A stretch of 64,000 bases of DNA from Isurus oxyrinchus (taxonomy: Eukaryota). The stretch covers positions 36,580,001 to 36,644,000 of the forward strand of contig JANJGN010000026.1 in NCBI GenBank assembly GCA_026770705.1, read 5' to 3'. The notes below the pieces were generated by a model that was not told the DNA's origin, searched no databases, and saw nothing but the letters and a program-made list of their open reading frames with translations. The stretch's first letter is position 1, and every line of letters begins with the position of its first letter. Below are positions 50,941 to 64,000 of this stretch, piece after piece. Both the position numbers and the translations under genes were made by a program.

Positions 50941-52276
50941 TATATCCTGAGCAACAATCTCTTCGAAAAGCAGATATATTTACTGTTGCAATCTGTTACA
51001 TTAAGAAACAGTTCTCCAGAGAGCTTTAACGGAAGGGGAGTAAGGGGCGGGGGCTTTTGTAATTCTTCTGTAATTCTTTTCCAATAAGAAGTAGCGAATG
51101 AGTAAACTCGGTCACCACATTTTGACACGAGTGCTGACTGGCCAAATATAGTTCCTCTACTTCCTCCTACGCCGTCTAATGGCATCACTCAGTAGATGGA
51201 AGGAGGAGGGGACAATGTTTGGCGGCTGGGGGGAACTATTCTGGATGGAGTTTCTGTTTGGCAATTCGCCCCTCCCTCCCCTCCTCACACCTCTTCGTCA
51301 GGAGAGAAAATAATGAGGTCATTTAAAGAACAACTGTACATTCTTCATGTTGCAGGAGGAAAATAGCGAACCAGAGAAACTCGAAGAGAGAATAACGGGA
51401 CTGAAAAAGACGGAAGAGACACAAATAAGGAAGGGAAGGGTGAATAAGAAACACTGAGGAAGAAATCACACGATGATTGCCATAAGGGAGCAGCTGCTTT
51501 TCCCAGTGTTGTTCTAGCCATTGCCCAGTTATGGGCGACGGTGGCAAGATCGGCATTTATTGCCCATCCCACGCTTCACATAAGGATGTTATGATGAGCC
51601 TTCTCCTCCAACCGCCAGTGTGTGTATGGTGAAAGTGCTCCACAGTACAGCTTACACCGGAGTGAGAATTGACTGTGGTTTGTAGGATTAATTGATAACA
51701 CAGCACATAAAGAGGTCATGTGGTTAAGCGTGCATGTGCTTGAAGCCTGCAGGAGTTATCCAATAAACGCGAGGCTATTTTCTTTTTCTGTAGACCTGCA
51801 TGTTTCATTTTGAAACATTTATCCAATTGCTTAATATTGTATCTGCTACCATCATTCTTTCAGGAAGGCTTTCAAGATCACAACAACTCGCCTTGAAACA
51901 AATCATTAATCCCCCCCCCCCCCACCCCCCCACCACCCCTCGTCCCCGCCCGCCCCGGAATTATTAACTTTAATCCATACCATCTGATTATCGACCCTCC
52001 TGCCAGAAGAAAAGATTTCTCCTCATGTACTTTCTAAGGAAATTTTCATAAATTTGGTCACCTCAATTAAAATTCTCCTTAGTTTCTCTGTTGCAAGGGA
52101 AAGAAAAGGTTTCTCGATTCACTCGAGCTAACTGATATCCGTAATCCTTGACACCATTGTGTTAGAACATGAAAAATGTGTTTTTCATCATTTTCTTAAT
52201 GACAAATTTTATTTTTGAAGAGTCGCTCCATGGCAGATGCCTTTGCTTATCTCTCCAGCTTTTCTCTGGTATAACG

Positions 52277-52708
52277 ATGATTTATACGGAGTAGAGTGGC
52301 TTTGAAACACTGTGACCGTCAATCCGCAGAAATAGATGGTGCTGTCTTTAGGCTCTGCTGCAGAAATTGACAAAGGAAAAACTTGATATTGACGGAAATC
52401 ACGAGCATCGAATTTTCCGTTCGCAAACTCCGCATCCCTGCACCTAGTTTTATCATAGTACAACAGAGACTGGGATGCCTGTTTCGGGTACAGCCGATAC
52501 CAGCAGCAACACGGATCATGAGAACTGGAGTTGTATTTACAGTTCAAAAGTGGATTATCTCCCTCATGTACCTTCAACTCATATTGACTCTGCATTACCA
52601 AACTCCCTTGGGTTTTATCTGTAAAATAATATAGAAACTTCAGTTAACACACTTACTGGTTACGAACATTCCAGTCCACAATTACGGTATAACTATTATA
52701 AGGGACAT
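52277..52708 (-). pseudogene. TCR alpha/delta-type V with open V exon (52618-52315) but defective leader
   Basis: SLVMQSQYELKVHEGDNPLLNCKY..CWYRLYP..DSTIYFCGL; CACAGTG + 22 nt + weak nonamer ATAAATCAT; candidate leader 52708-52657 has an in-frame TAA and only a 38-nt intron. Confidence 0.8.
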
Positions 52709-53109
52709 TTGGATAATTCACACTAGAGAAAGATAGACATTCTAACATTTACGGATTACAAGGGGTTGAATGATAAGTCATATCAACACAGGGCTCACAT
52801 GTCCCAGTATACCTATTACAAAGGAGATCAGGAACAGCTCAACAGCCGTCATCTCTAAAGTCCTGGCAAAATATTCCTGACCATAATGTTAAAGTCTTAC
52901 CAGGCACGTGCTTAATCAAGGTTTGTTTCCTTGGCTCACGATCACCACAATGATATCCCGAAAGTTGCTCTGTTACAAACAGCAGAAATGACCAGGTGAT
53001 AGACGTAAGCAAGAAATAAACGCAGTTAGCGGCAGTCCAGTTGGGGTAGCAAAGATCACTTGTGTGCATGGTTACGTCACTCTAGTGGAGTACTAGGTGC
53101 CACAAAACC

Positions 53110-54890
53110 CACTGTAATATAAATAGACACATAATCTGGATTATTATAAAGAAATGTTTAGCTTCGTAATGCAATAACTGAGGCAGGCCTTGTGCAATAT
53201 AAATGAAAGTAATGTTTCAGTTATTTTAACCAGAGACATATTCTAAGTAAGTGCTAACTCAGTTCTTTGTGAGGTAGGCATGGAATACCGAAATAAAAAC
53301 TGAAACAAGCATCTAGCGTAATTCAAACGAAGACAAGATTTAGTGCTGATATAATTGCACAACCAGTGGTGAAGTTTAAACACTGACGGATCGTGGTCTA
53401 ACATAAAGAAACAATTTCTTCAGTGCAGTGATGCCTTGTTGAGATACAAGGTCTAGTGTGAAATAAAGATAGAAATGAGCTACCGCGGTAATAACTGACG
53501 CAAGCCGATCCTAAACTAAAAGGATACACGTCTATTTTAAAATAAGCAATGACTTTGACTTGTGCTGTGAAAACTGAGATAGGGTCTTGCGCAATATAAG
53601 CAACCACGTGATTTGAAGCAGAGCATAGAAAAAGCGCTACGCATAAGATAAAGAGTTACATAGTACAGTGCTAACAATGAAAGGTCATCTAATGCAATAA
53701 TTGCTTGGACACAGTCCAGCATAATACAAATGGCGACATGATCTACTGTCGCAAAAACAGAGGCAAGGCCGAGTCTTTAATAAGTTGAAACACACATTCC
53801 TGTGCATTAATATCTGTGGCAGAGTTTTGTGTAATATGAACAGAGATAATATTCGTACACCAATAACTGAGATAGCATTAGTGTAACTTAAACAGTTGAA
53901 CAGTGTAATGTAATATGTAGAACAGCATCTACTGCAATATAAACATGGCTGGGAGCTTGTGTAATATGAACAAAGACAGAGTCTAAAGTTGCAGTAACTG
54001 GGCAGGCCCTCAATTATTGTAAACAGTAACTTTATCCAGTCCAATTATGACGAATACAGCGCCCAGAGCAACAAAGGAAGTGTCATGTTCTTGTAATATA
54101 AACAGGAACAGGGTCTCCTGGCATATAAACTGAAACATGGCCGACTGCACGATTAACTGAATCATCCCCCAGTGTATTATAGCTGAAGCAGAATTTAATT
54201 CATTAATATCTAAGACCTGGCCGACTGTAATGTCAGAAGGGATGTGTTGGACGGCAATGATAAACTGACGCCGGTTCCGTCCGAAAACAAACAGACACAT
54301 GGTCGAATGGAGTAACAATTAAGAGATGGCCTAACACATGTTAAAGAGTAGAAGGAGCTGAGATCGACACGGGTGCAAAGACACAAGAGACTAGTCCAGT
54401 ACAAAATAGAATAATATGTGATCTCGTGCAGCAGCTACGGGATTGCACTGAGACCGAGTCTGTAGGAGATAGAACAATGGCATGGTGTTCTGGGATATTG
54501 AGTCAGAAACATGATCTAGTGTGATATGAAATCAGATAAATGTCCGGGGTAATATGGACTAACAGAGATCTAGTGTAATGAAAACTGAGATAAGGCCTGG
54601 AATAATCTGCAAAGGGACATTTCGCATTTTACAACAAACAAAGATAGGATGAAAGTTAACAGAACTATAGTCTGGTACAGTATTAAATAAAATAGGACCT
54701 AGTGTGAAATAAGCAGGGGACGAATCTCATGCTGTAATAAAATGCCACTTAGTCCAATATAAACAGAAACATGATCTGGTTTAAAATGATCAGCGGCATG
54801 GTCTAGTGCATTAAAAACTGAGAGAGGACACCCTTTAAAACCAGTGGCATCGTCTAAAGCATTTTTTAACAAAGCCTGCTGTAATCGAAA
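53110..54890. repeat. highly degenerate ~27-bp satellite (further patches at ~56870-57050 and ~59330-59460)
   Basis: Consensus approximately tctagtgcaatataaactgagacaagg; unit starts at 54515, 54543, 54569 and 54596. Confidence 0.7.
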
Positions 54891-55459
54891 GGAAGGTATG
54901 GTCCTACTGCCACCAGGTGGATGCTGAATGCAATGTCCCCAGTTCGCCGATGCCAAAACGTTGATGGAAAAGGTAGCTCTCAGTAGGACGCTAAGATTCT
55001 GTAAAGGAATACAAACCGGTTAAATGTGTGGAAGCAGCATAGAAGACGGACTTAGCGTGAAATCCTGCACTTGGTGATGGTGCTGGATGGATGGGGGGAT
55101 GGTGGTGGTGGGGGCGGGTGTTGGTGGGTGGGGACAGGATATTACTTATAGATCACGGAAAGTTAAAATTCTGGCACAGTCTGCAGTTAGGAAATCAAAT
55201 GATATGTTAGCCATTTTGGAAACGGATTAGAGTAAAAGAGTTTAGAAGCCTTACAGCAATTGTATAATTAATTGTATATATCCCAGTGAGATTTCCTAGG
55301 GTACTGTACACAGTTTTGGTTTTCAAACCTAAGGAAGGATGTATTTGCCTTAGAGAGGATAAAACAAAAGTTGACCACATTAATTCCTGGGATGAGGTGC
55401 TTGTCCCATGAGAAGAGGTTAAGTCGGCTTTGCACACGTTCCACTGAAGTTTTTTAAAT

Positions 55460-56550
55460 TATTTTTTTTAAGGGATGTGGGCTCCACTGCCTGGGCCAGC
55501 ATTTTTTGCCCATCCCTAATTGCCCTTGAGAAGGGGTTGGTGAGCTGCCTTCTTGAATCGCTGCAGTTCCTGTGCTGCAGGTGCACCCAAAGTCCAATTA
55601 CAGATGGGATTCCAGGATTTTGACCCAGCGACAGTGAAAGAGCGGTGATATTTTCCCAAGTCAGGATGTTGGGTGGCTTGGAGGGCTGATTCCTGATGTT
55701 GGTAATCCCATGTGTCTGCTAGTCGTGGTCCTGAGTTTGGAAGGCGCTGACTAAGGAGTCTTGGTGAATTCCTTGGTACACACTGCTGCTATGTGCGTCG
55801 GTGGTGGAGGGAATGAATGTTTGTGGATGGGGTGCCAAATAAGTGGGGTGTTTGATCATGGGCTGTGTCAAGTTCCTTGAGTGTTGCGCTCATCCAGACA
55901 AGTGGACATTATTCCACCACACCAGTGCCTTCTAGAACAGGCTTTAGTGAGTCAGGAGGTGAGTTACTCGAAGCACGATTCCTAGCTTCTGGCCTGCTCT
56001 TGTAGGCATACTTTCATGTGCATAGTCCAGTTCAGTTTCTGGTCAATGATAACACCCAGGATGTTGATATTGGGGGATTCACAGATGGCAATGCCATTGC
56101 ACGTCAAGGGGCGATGGTCAGATTCTCTCTTATTGGAGATGGTCATTGCCTGGTACCTGTATGGCGTGAATATTACTTGCCACTTATCAGCCCAAGTCTG
56201 GATATTGGCTAGGTCTTGCTGCATTTGGACATGGACTGCTTCAGTACCTGAGGAGTCGTGAATGGTGCTAAACATTGTGCAATCATCTGTGGACCTCGTC
56301 ACTTCGAACCTTCTGATCTAAGGAAGGTCATTGATGAAGCAGCTGAAGATGGTGGGGCTAAGGGCACTACCCTGAGGAACTCCTGCAGTGATGTCCTAGA
56401 ACTGAGATGATTGACTTTAAACAGCCACAACGATCTTCTTTTCTGCTGTGTATGACTACAACCAGCGTAGAGCTTTCCCCCAAGGAGCAAAGGGCTCCTT
56501 GACGCCACAGTCAGTCAAATGCTGCCTTGATGTCAAGGGCAGTCATTTTC
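55460..56550 (-). mobile_element. CR1-clade LINE 3' fragment (RT C-terminus plus tail)
   Basis: Decayed GVPQG region; DD..F..MQQDL.NIQ.WADKWQV.F and NILGV.ID.KL.W motifs. Confidence 0.8.
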
Positions 56551-57599
56551 AACTCCCCTTTGATAATAACGAGAGAGGATCTCATATATAATTCTTAAAG
56601 GGTTGCACGGATTTCGGCTTCACAGTGGAATCTAGTACCAAGGCTCACAGTCTCAGCATACGGGGTCGACAATTTGGTACTGATGGTTCTGTACCCATTG
56701 AGCTGTGGGGCTTCTGGTGACAAAAAGAATTAAGGAATATGGGGATATTCCTGTAACATGGAATTGAGATAGAATATGAACCATGAATTCACTGCTTGGT
56801 GGTGAAGACTCGAACGGTCGATTGCCTAATATATTCCTAGCTCGTATATTTTTATGTAGAACCGTCTCCTTATTTTTACATAAATAGAGAAACGTGGTCT
56901 AGTGCATTCATTCGTGTTCCAGTGTCTCGTGTAATATAAACAAAAATATGATTTGGTACAGTGCAACTGAGATAAGTTCGAGTGGACTAAAGACAATGAC
57001 ATGTTCTTGCACAGTAATAACAGAGATAGATCCTTGTGCACTATGAGCAGAATCTCCGTTCAGCTGCCACTACGTGTCTACAGATTTCCAAAGCGCCACT
57101 ACAGCACTGCCTCTTTATTTCTATTGCACATTTTTATTTTCAGCACTGTTTGAAAGTTTGACATTGTAGTTAATGTAAAAATGTTGGGTGCAAGTTACTG
57201 ATTTTCGTACTAGCAGGTCAACAGACACTGATGACAACCTCATCACGTTCAGCAGGAGGTAAAATGGGTTTTATGTGCACTAATTGAAGATGAGCTTGTT
57301 TGATTTACGCACAGAAACATCAACGGCAGAGGAAAGTCGCTTGGACCCCAGCAATCTTTCTTTGGTTATTTAAGGTCAAGAGAGGGATATTGACCAATAT
57401 ATAGTGTAGGACCATGAGAACTTTAATTCATCCCAGAACAGCCAAGGTTCATGATCTCCCCAAAAAGATAGCATATTTTCAATAGCCCGATTAGAATTCT
57501 GATATTTATGCTCAGGTTCTGAAGTTGAGGTGGAATCCACAATGTAATGACACTCAAATCAGAACAATCAGAAAGGAATAAATGGCAATCTAGTTGTGC

Positions 57600-57830
57600 G
57601 AGGCTTCTTGAGGATGAGTGACAGAATATGATAGAATTCTTCATCAAGATGGAGAGTGACATAGTTGATTCTGAGACTAGGGCCCTGAATCTTAATAAAG
57701 GAAACTACGATGGTTTGAGGCGCGAGTTGGCTATGATGGATTGGGAAATGATACTTAAAGAGATGACGGTGGATAGGCATTGGCAAATGTTCGAAGAGCT
57801 CATGGGTGAACTGAAACGATGTCACTTTAG
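57600..57830 (+). mobile_element. CR1 ORF2 internal fragment
   Basis: NMIEF..LNLNKGNYDGLRRELA..DW motif. Confidence 0.75.
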
Positions 57831-58679
57831 CTGAAAGGCTTGAGGTAATTTCTTATATTTACAAATATACCATTGCATTCGCTAATGTAGATTCTGTTAA
57901 GTTTCCCTATGCTAATATCACATAAAGGAGCCTGAAGAATACAATTACTAAACTTAATTCATCCAATTCCGATTTATGGGCTCATCAAACCTAAAGGAAA
58001 GACGGGGCACACTCACCCCATCAAAACTGTGCCCGCTCTCTGGAAAAAAGTGCCTATAATTAGTTGTACTCTCTTTCTCTTTTTCCAAACTCCTGCACGT
58101 CTTCCACTTCCAAGCATCCGTACAATTTCCGTTTGAAGGTTACAACTGAATATGGTCCCATCTCCCTAAAGGAAATAAAGCCCAGCTCACAGCAATTCGC
58201 TGCAAAAAAAAAATCTACCTTTTCCTCTTTATTCCCCTACGAATTGTCTGAACGTTGGCTACCGATCCTTCTGCCAGTGGAATTAGCATCTCACTAACAA
58301 TTCTGTAAAACAAACCTTCAGAAATTTAGAAACCGCTATTATAATCCCCCTGTAAGATTCTTGTCCTTTTTCTCTAATTTCTTCAGATACCCGAGGTGTC
58401 TCATCTCTGGTTCAATTTGAATAAATATCTTCTGGGCCTGCTCCAAAACTATTGCATGCTCCTGAAAGTGTGATTTCAAATAAATTCAATACCTTTTTTA
58501 CCCTTCAGATAAATTCTAGCGATATATGCTCGCTTACAACTAGTCTAAGCAATAATTTGCGTAATTCCAATCTCTGTACTAAGACTATTACTTTCGCCGA
58601 CAGCGCACAGAATCACCTGTATGCTCAACAAAATTGGTTTGTTTAGAATCACCTGTATGCTCAACAAAATTGGTTTGTC

Positions 58680-58815
58680 TAGTTCTGTCGAAGGGTCATG
58701 AGGACGCGAAACGTCAACCCTTTTCTTCTCAGCCGATGCTGCCAGACCTGCTGAGTTTTTCCAGGTAATTCTGTTTTTGTTTTGGATTTCCAGCATCCGC
58801 AGTTTTTTTGTTTTA
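58680..58815 (+). mobile_element. Penelope terminal fragment
   Basis: Near-identical to 16153-16290; preceded by a ~36-bp direct duplication. Confidence 0.8.
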
Positions 58816-59744
58816 TGTTATTGGTTGTTTTCAATGTCAGTTAGATCACTGCTGCCACCTGCTGACCAACACCTTCTACTACAGGCCCTGGAGTTTATCT
58901 AAAATGATTCAGAATTCTACTCGTAACATGTCCATTTGCTAGTGAATTTCACTCAGTGAAGTTTTTCAGCGCAAACCACGAGAGACAAGAAATGAAAAGG
59001 ATTTAAGACGGAAGTGCCAATATTACTGTTATGAATTTCGAGTTTTCCGTGAGAAGGTGTGCAGTTACTGAGGAAGAGACTGGCAGTGAAGAAAGGAACA
59101 AAACCATTTCTGCCGGTGGAGTGGGATGAACAGCTGCAGCTCAGTTTCTTCTGGCGGAGGCTCACTTGCGCCCATTTTATAGCGCATTCCAAATGTCTGC
59201 AACGAGCACAGGGCGTATCGAAATTTTAGAGATATTTTCAGTGCACAGTTGCAACACGGAGATGTTTGCGCCATCTTTTTACTTATATTTTCATTACGCT
59301 AGACAGACGTTCATGTGATAGAATCAGAGGCATGGCGTAATAAAATATAAACAGGGCAAGGGCCCAATATAATAAAAGTCCAGAGACAGCGTCTGATGTA
59401 ATATAAACAAAGATATGCATTTATGCAGCAACATCTGACACATGGCCAAATGTAATATAAATTATTATATTATAATATAATGCATCGTATTATGAAATAC
59501 TATAATATAATAACATTACATAATCAAATGTAGCTACGTAGGACAATCCGTTGTGACACTATTCTATGCATGGGTAAGGCATTCAAAGTTTGTGGGCTTG
59601 AATCCCACCAGGGTCAAATTTTGAAGGGGCGAATAGAGACAAACTCAGCTCTGATTCTGCAGCAGTGATAATTGCGACGGGGTTCTTGTGTAATGTCACG
59701 TGAAATAGATGCAATGCTGGAATAAACTAGACAGGTTCTTCTGT

Positions 59745-60272
59745 TGAGGCTACAGCAGGAGTACTGTGTGCAGTTCTGGTCGCCACATTATAGGAAGGAT
59801 GCGATTGCACTGGAGGGGGTGCAGAGGAGATTCACCAGAATGTTGCCTGGGATGAAACATTTAAGTTATGAAGAGAGGTTGGATAGATTTGGGTTGTTTT
59901 CGTCGGAGCAGAGAAGATTGATGAGCGATCTCATCGAGGTGTACAAGATTATGAAGGTTAGCACCCCTTACTTGAAGAGTCAGTCATAAGGGGGCATAAG
60001 TTCAAGGTGAGGGGCAGGAGGTTTAAGGGGGATGTGAGGAAAGCTTTTTTTTGCCCAGAGGGTGGTGACGGTCTGGAATGCATTGCCTGGGAGGGCGGTG
60101 GAAGCGGGTTGCCTCACATCCTGAAAAAGTATCTGGATGAGCACTTGGCACGTCATAACATTTAAGGCTATGGGCCAACTGCTGGTAAATGGGAGCAGTT
60201 AGATAAGTCAGGTGTTTCTCACATGTCGGTGCAGACTCGATGGGCCAAAGGGCCTCTTCTGCACTGTGACTC
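59745..60272 (+). mobile_element. CR1 LINE 3' fragment
   Basis: EYCVQFWSPHYRKD..LEGVQRRFTRM..YEERL. Confidence 0.9.
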
Positions 60273-61891
60273 TGTGAATATAAACAGATGTTTCATCAGT
60301 CCAGCAATAACAGAAACAGTGTCTCATATTGTATAAATGGAGAAAGAGCTTCGTGTTACATACGCAGTGATAGAGAGCATATATACGGTTCCGAGCTAAG
60401 ATATCCATTTGCTTGAGGAATCGAATGACCTCAACTATCACTAATCTATGAAAATTCAGTCACCGGAGCTTACATTGATTAGACGTACAGCCACCTCCAT
60501 TTGACCTTGCATGGCATGACCTATAGTCAATTCCCCACTAACAACATCCTGAACACCCGTGGCTACAGCAGCCCAACAGAGTTTGAACATTATGCAGATT
60601 CCCAATCGTAGCTGTTGCATGTGAAGCCCATAGGATGCACTGCAGCAGCACACAAAGCCTCTATTTTATTAATTTATGGGATGTGGGCTTCGCTGGCAGG
60701 GGCAGCATTTATTGCCCACCACAAGTTGCCCTTTGGAACGTGGTGGTGAGCTTCCTTCTTCAACCACTGCGGTCTATGAGGTGTAGGTACACCCGCAGTG
60801 CTGTTAGGGAGTGCCAGGCTTTTGGCCCAGCAATAGTGGAGGAACAGCGATATATTTCCAAGTCAGGATGGTGAGTGACTTGGAGGAGAACTTCCAAGTA
60901 GTGATGTTCCTATCTCTCTGCTTCCCTTGTCCTTATAGGCTTTAGTGGTCGTGGGTTTGGAATATGCTGTCGATGGAGCCTTGGTGAGTTCCTGCAGTGC
61001 ACCTTTAGATGGTGCACACTGCTGCTTCTGTGCATCGGTAGTAAGTACCGCCCAAACCCATGATGTCAATCACTTAGAAGGGCAACTGAACATGGTAGAA
61101 CCATCACATCCACTTTCCCCTCCAAGTCAAACATCATTCCAACTTATTTATATCGCCGGTCTTTCATCGACCCTGGGTCTTAATTTTGTAAATCCTAGCT
61201 AACAGCATTGTGCAGACAACTTGCGCAGAGGGGCTGATGTGGTTCATGAAGGTTGCTCACCAGTGGGAAGTAGAAAGCTGCATTAAATACCAGCCTTGAT
61301 ACTGATGTTCACATCATGAGTATAGAGGCGAAATAATACGAGGAACAGCGGATACAGAATCACAAATACCTGGCGTTATCTTTCTTGCTTTTGTTAGTTC
61401 TTTCTTTCATTTTTACTGTATATTTGAATTCTTTCCTTTTTCTTCTTTCTCTATTTCAGATTTTCTCTCCTCTCCTCCCTCTTCCACTTTGATTCATTAA
61501 TTCTCTTTCTGCTTTTGGAATATGATGAGTTACCTTGCATCACAAGAGTATTACTTTTTTGAGCATGACGATAAGGCAGTGATGGAACGGCGAATTTTTA
61601 AACACAAACCCCGCCCAGCACGGTGTTCTACGCAACCCGGGTCTCTCCTCCTCCTCTATGAATGACATTGTGAGCGATGCCGTCAAATGCGGCAGGAGGA
61701 CGAGACAGTTCTCCTGTTCAAACCCAGATAATTGATTCGTTACGTTTTGATAACAGCAGAATTGCACGAGACGCTTCCTCCTCTCTAGCTCTACATATAT
61801 GCAAACCCGTTTTTCCACAGTACTCTAACAGATTACAACAACAAATAGAACTGCTCTTCCAAGGGGCTGTTATTGCATCATAATAGATCCC

Positions 61892-62380
61892 ATGTCGTAC
61901 CGCTGTCCCGTTATATTCTGATTGGTGTTCGGCAAGTACGGCCAGGCCTGGTATCTGTTTACACTTTTGTGGTGCCATGAGGCGTTCTAACACAGTTAGA
62001 GTTATAGTTGCCCCTCAGTTCTGTTTTATTTCAAGGGAGATCCGGGCAGATTCGGTATAACAAGCTCAGATAACACTCTACGTGGCTGAATGAGATGGTG
62101 TGATAAAAGATTGTAGGTAATAGACACAACAAACCTCCGTGACCCCGATCTGTAGTGGCACTGACAGCGCACAAAGGCTCCCCGTTTTATTTTTCATCGG
62201 GATAACAACAGGAAAATTGACATGGATTTTGCCAAGAGAAGATTCGAGGCCAAGCAGACTAATACAGAAAAAAAAGTTTCCTTTATCGATCACTGGAGAG
62301 GAAATCTAGGACACCGCCGCATCTTTCTGTGTGCTGAGGATCACAATTGTTTCAAACTCATCTGTCGCTGTACAAAAACT
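61892..62380 (+). pseudogene. heavily decayed TCR V pseudogene with 23-RSS (62342-62380)
   Basis: Leader ATG 61892 with a stop; V from ~62036 IRADSV*QAQITL..DC..I*DTAASFCVLR; CACAATT-23-ACAAAAACT; paralog of the 50.5-kb V. Confidence 0.8.
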
Positions 62381-63339
62381 TCAGCGATATAGAACTGCCA
62401 TACGCTTTCTCTCCAGGTCAAACGAACATGACCTACTCTGTTAGTGCCATCCGCTGCTCAGTCGGTCTGACTCCTGCATCTGAATTATAAGCTTATAAAT
62501 TCAATTCTCACTCCAGAGAGTTCAGTCCACAATCCAGGCTGATTCTCGGGTGCCAGAGGAGACGTTGAACCGAGGGTCCAGCGACTCTCTTAGATAAAAA
62601 GATTCCAGGCCTCCATTTGGTAGAACGATAGAGGATTTCTCTCAAGTTTCCTGGACCTATTCTAATGTCTAAACCGACATCACTAAAAGAGCTTACCACG
62701 TTGCCTTTTTGTGGGAGCTTGTTGTGTATATAATAGTTACCGCATTTCCTACATTTCAACAGCGGCTGCCCTGCGAATTGCTGCATTAAGGTTTTAAGGT
62801 GTGTAGGGAAGGCTGGATTTGCTCACTGCCATTGTTCGTATGTGTATCATATTAAATATTGCAATTCCTGGAACTGTCTCAACTTCTAGAATCACTTCGA
62901 TGATGTTAGTTACTTGACTGGGTCTCACACCTGCACAATGGTGCGCTGTGCCTTCAAAGGAGCTGAGAGGATTTGCAACAATCTGCAAAAAATATTTGAG
63001 CAGAGACCCGAAACAACTCTTAATATCTGAGCGATCAATGTAAGGGTGAACACAGAGCAGCTTACCGCTGATTTCAACGAGCTTCATTAACTTTCATCCG
63101 GCTTTCTCCTCCATGTTTTGTTTACACACATCCTCCAAATCAAGATTTTGGATAACTCAGTGTTATTTGGGAAAGTCAGATGGGAAACTCAGGATGGCAG
63201 CTATTTTCAGTAACATGTTAAAAATATAATCCACTATATTAGTCGAAATTCTATTCCCTTGCTCTTTGTGATCTGAAGCAACGGTTTACTTCCAATGCTT
63301 GTTAAAGTCAAAGGTTAACTTCAGTTACCTGGATGGCTG

Positions 63340-64000
63340 GCGGACAGCAGAGAGCGTGGATAAATGGCTCTTCTTCGGTTTGGCAGGATGTAATGAGAGG
63401 AGTCTGTATGGGGCCTCATCTTTTTAACGATTTACATCAATGATTTGGATGAGGTGAGTGAAGTCATGCTAGCTAAATTTGCAGATGACACAGAGATAGG
63501 TAGGAAAGTATGCTGCGAAGAGGGCATGAGGAGGTTGCAGGTGGATATGGATAGGTTGAGTGAGTGGGCAGAGACCTGATAAATTGAGTGTAATGTGGGA
63601 AAATATGAAGGTGTTCACTTTGGCAGGGAGAAGAAAAAAGCAAAGTATTACTTAAATGGATAATGACTGCATAATTCTGAGGTGCAGATGGATCCACGTG
63701 TTCTAGCTCATGAGTCACAAAAAGTGATTTTGCAGACACTGGAAATAAGTAAGAAGGCTAATGGAATGCTATGCTTTATTACGAGAGGGATTGAATATAA
63801 AAGTACGAATGATATGCTTCAGTTATACAGGACATTGTTGAGACGGCACCTCGAATACTGTGTGCTGTTCTGTTCTACTTTTTTAGGGAAGGTTGTAAAT
63901 GCATTACAGGTGGTTGAAAGGAGATTTACTAGATTGATGTCTGGAATGAGTGGGTTGTCTTATGAGGAAAGGTTGGACAGACTGGGTTTGTTTCCACTGG
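63340..64000 (+). mobile_element. CR1 LINE RT fragment (runs off the window)
   Basis: F.IYINDLD, KFADD and EYCV.F motifs; similar to 25657-26850. Confidence 0.88.

Noticed and set aside
53110-54890. Array of 12-RSSs or a CRISPR-like array
   Set aside because: Units lack CAC heptamer starts and nonamers, have no unique spacers, and the context is eukaryotic
59570-59617. tRNA-like fragment
   Set aside because: Too short and degenerate to call

Overview
Eukaryotic, repeat-rich cartilaginous-fish (shark-type) genomic DNA from an antigen-receptor region resembling the TCR alpha/delta V array. From left to right it contains: (1) a TCR alpha/delta-type V pseudogene with a 5x tandemly amplified promoter; (2) 1.7 kb downstream on the same strand, an IgM heavy-chain constant region (CH1-CH4, secretory tail, TM1/TM2) that is open except for a 5'-truncated CH1 and has no IgH V/D/J in the window; (3) a ~19 kb block of decayed tRNA genes and two divergent C2H2 zinc-finger pseudogenes; (4) a second TCR V pseudogene; (5) an apparently intact NAR-TCR cassette (leader + IgNAR-like V, J, leaderless supporting Vdelta) with unusual recombination signals (V-12RSS facing 23RSS-J with no D, and a tandem double 23-RSS on the supporting V); (6) three more TCR V pseudogenes in mixed orientation. 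The remainder is CR1/L2/RTE LINE, Penelope, SINE and simple or minisatellite repeats. No TCR constant exon or conventional TCR D/J segment was seen. Family assignments come from recognised motifs, not database searches, and repeat boundaries are approximate.
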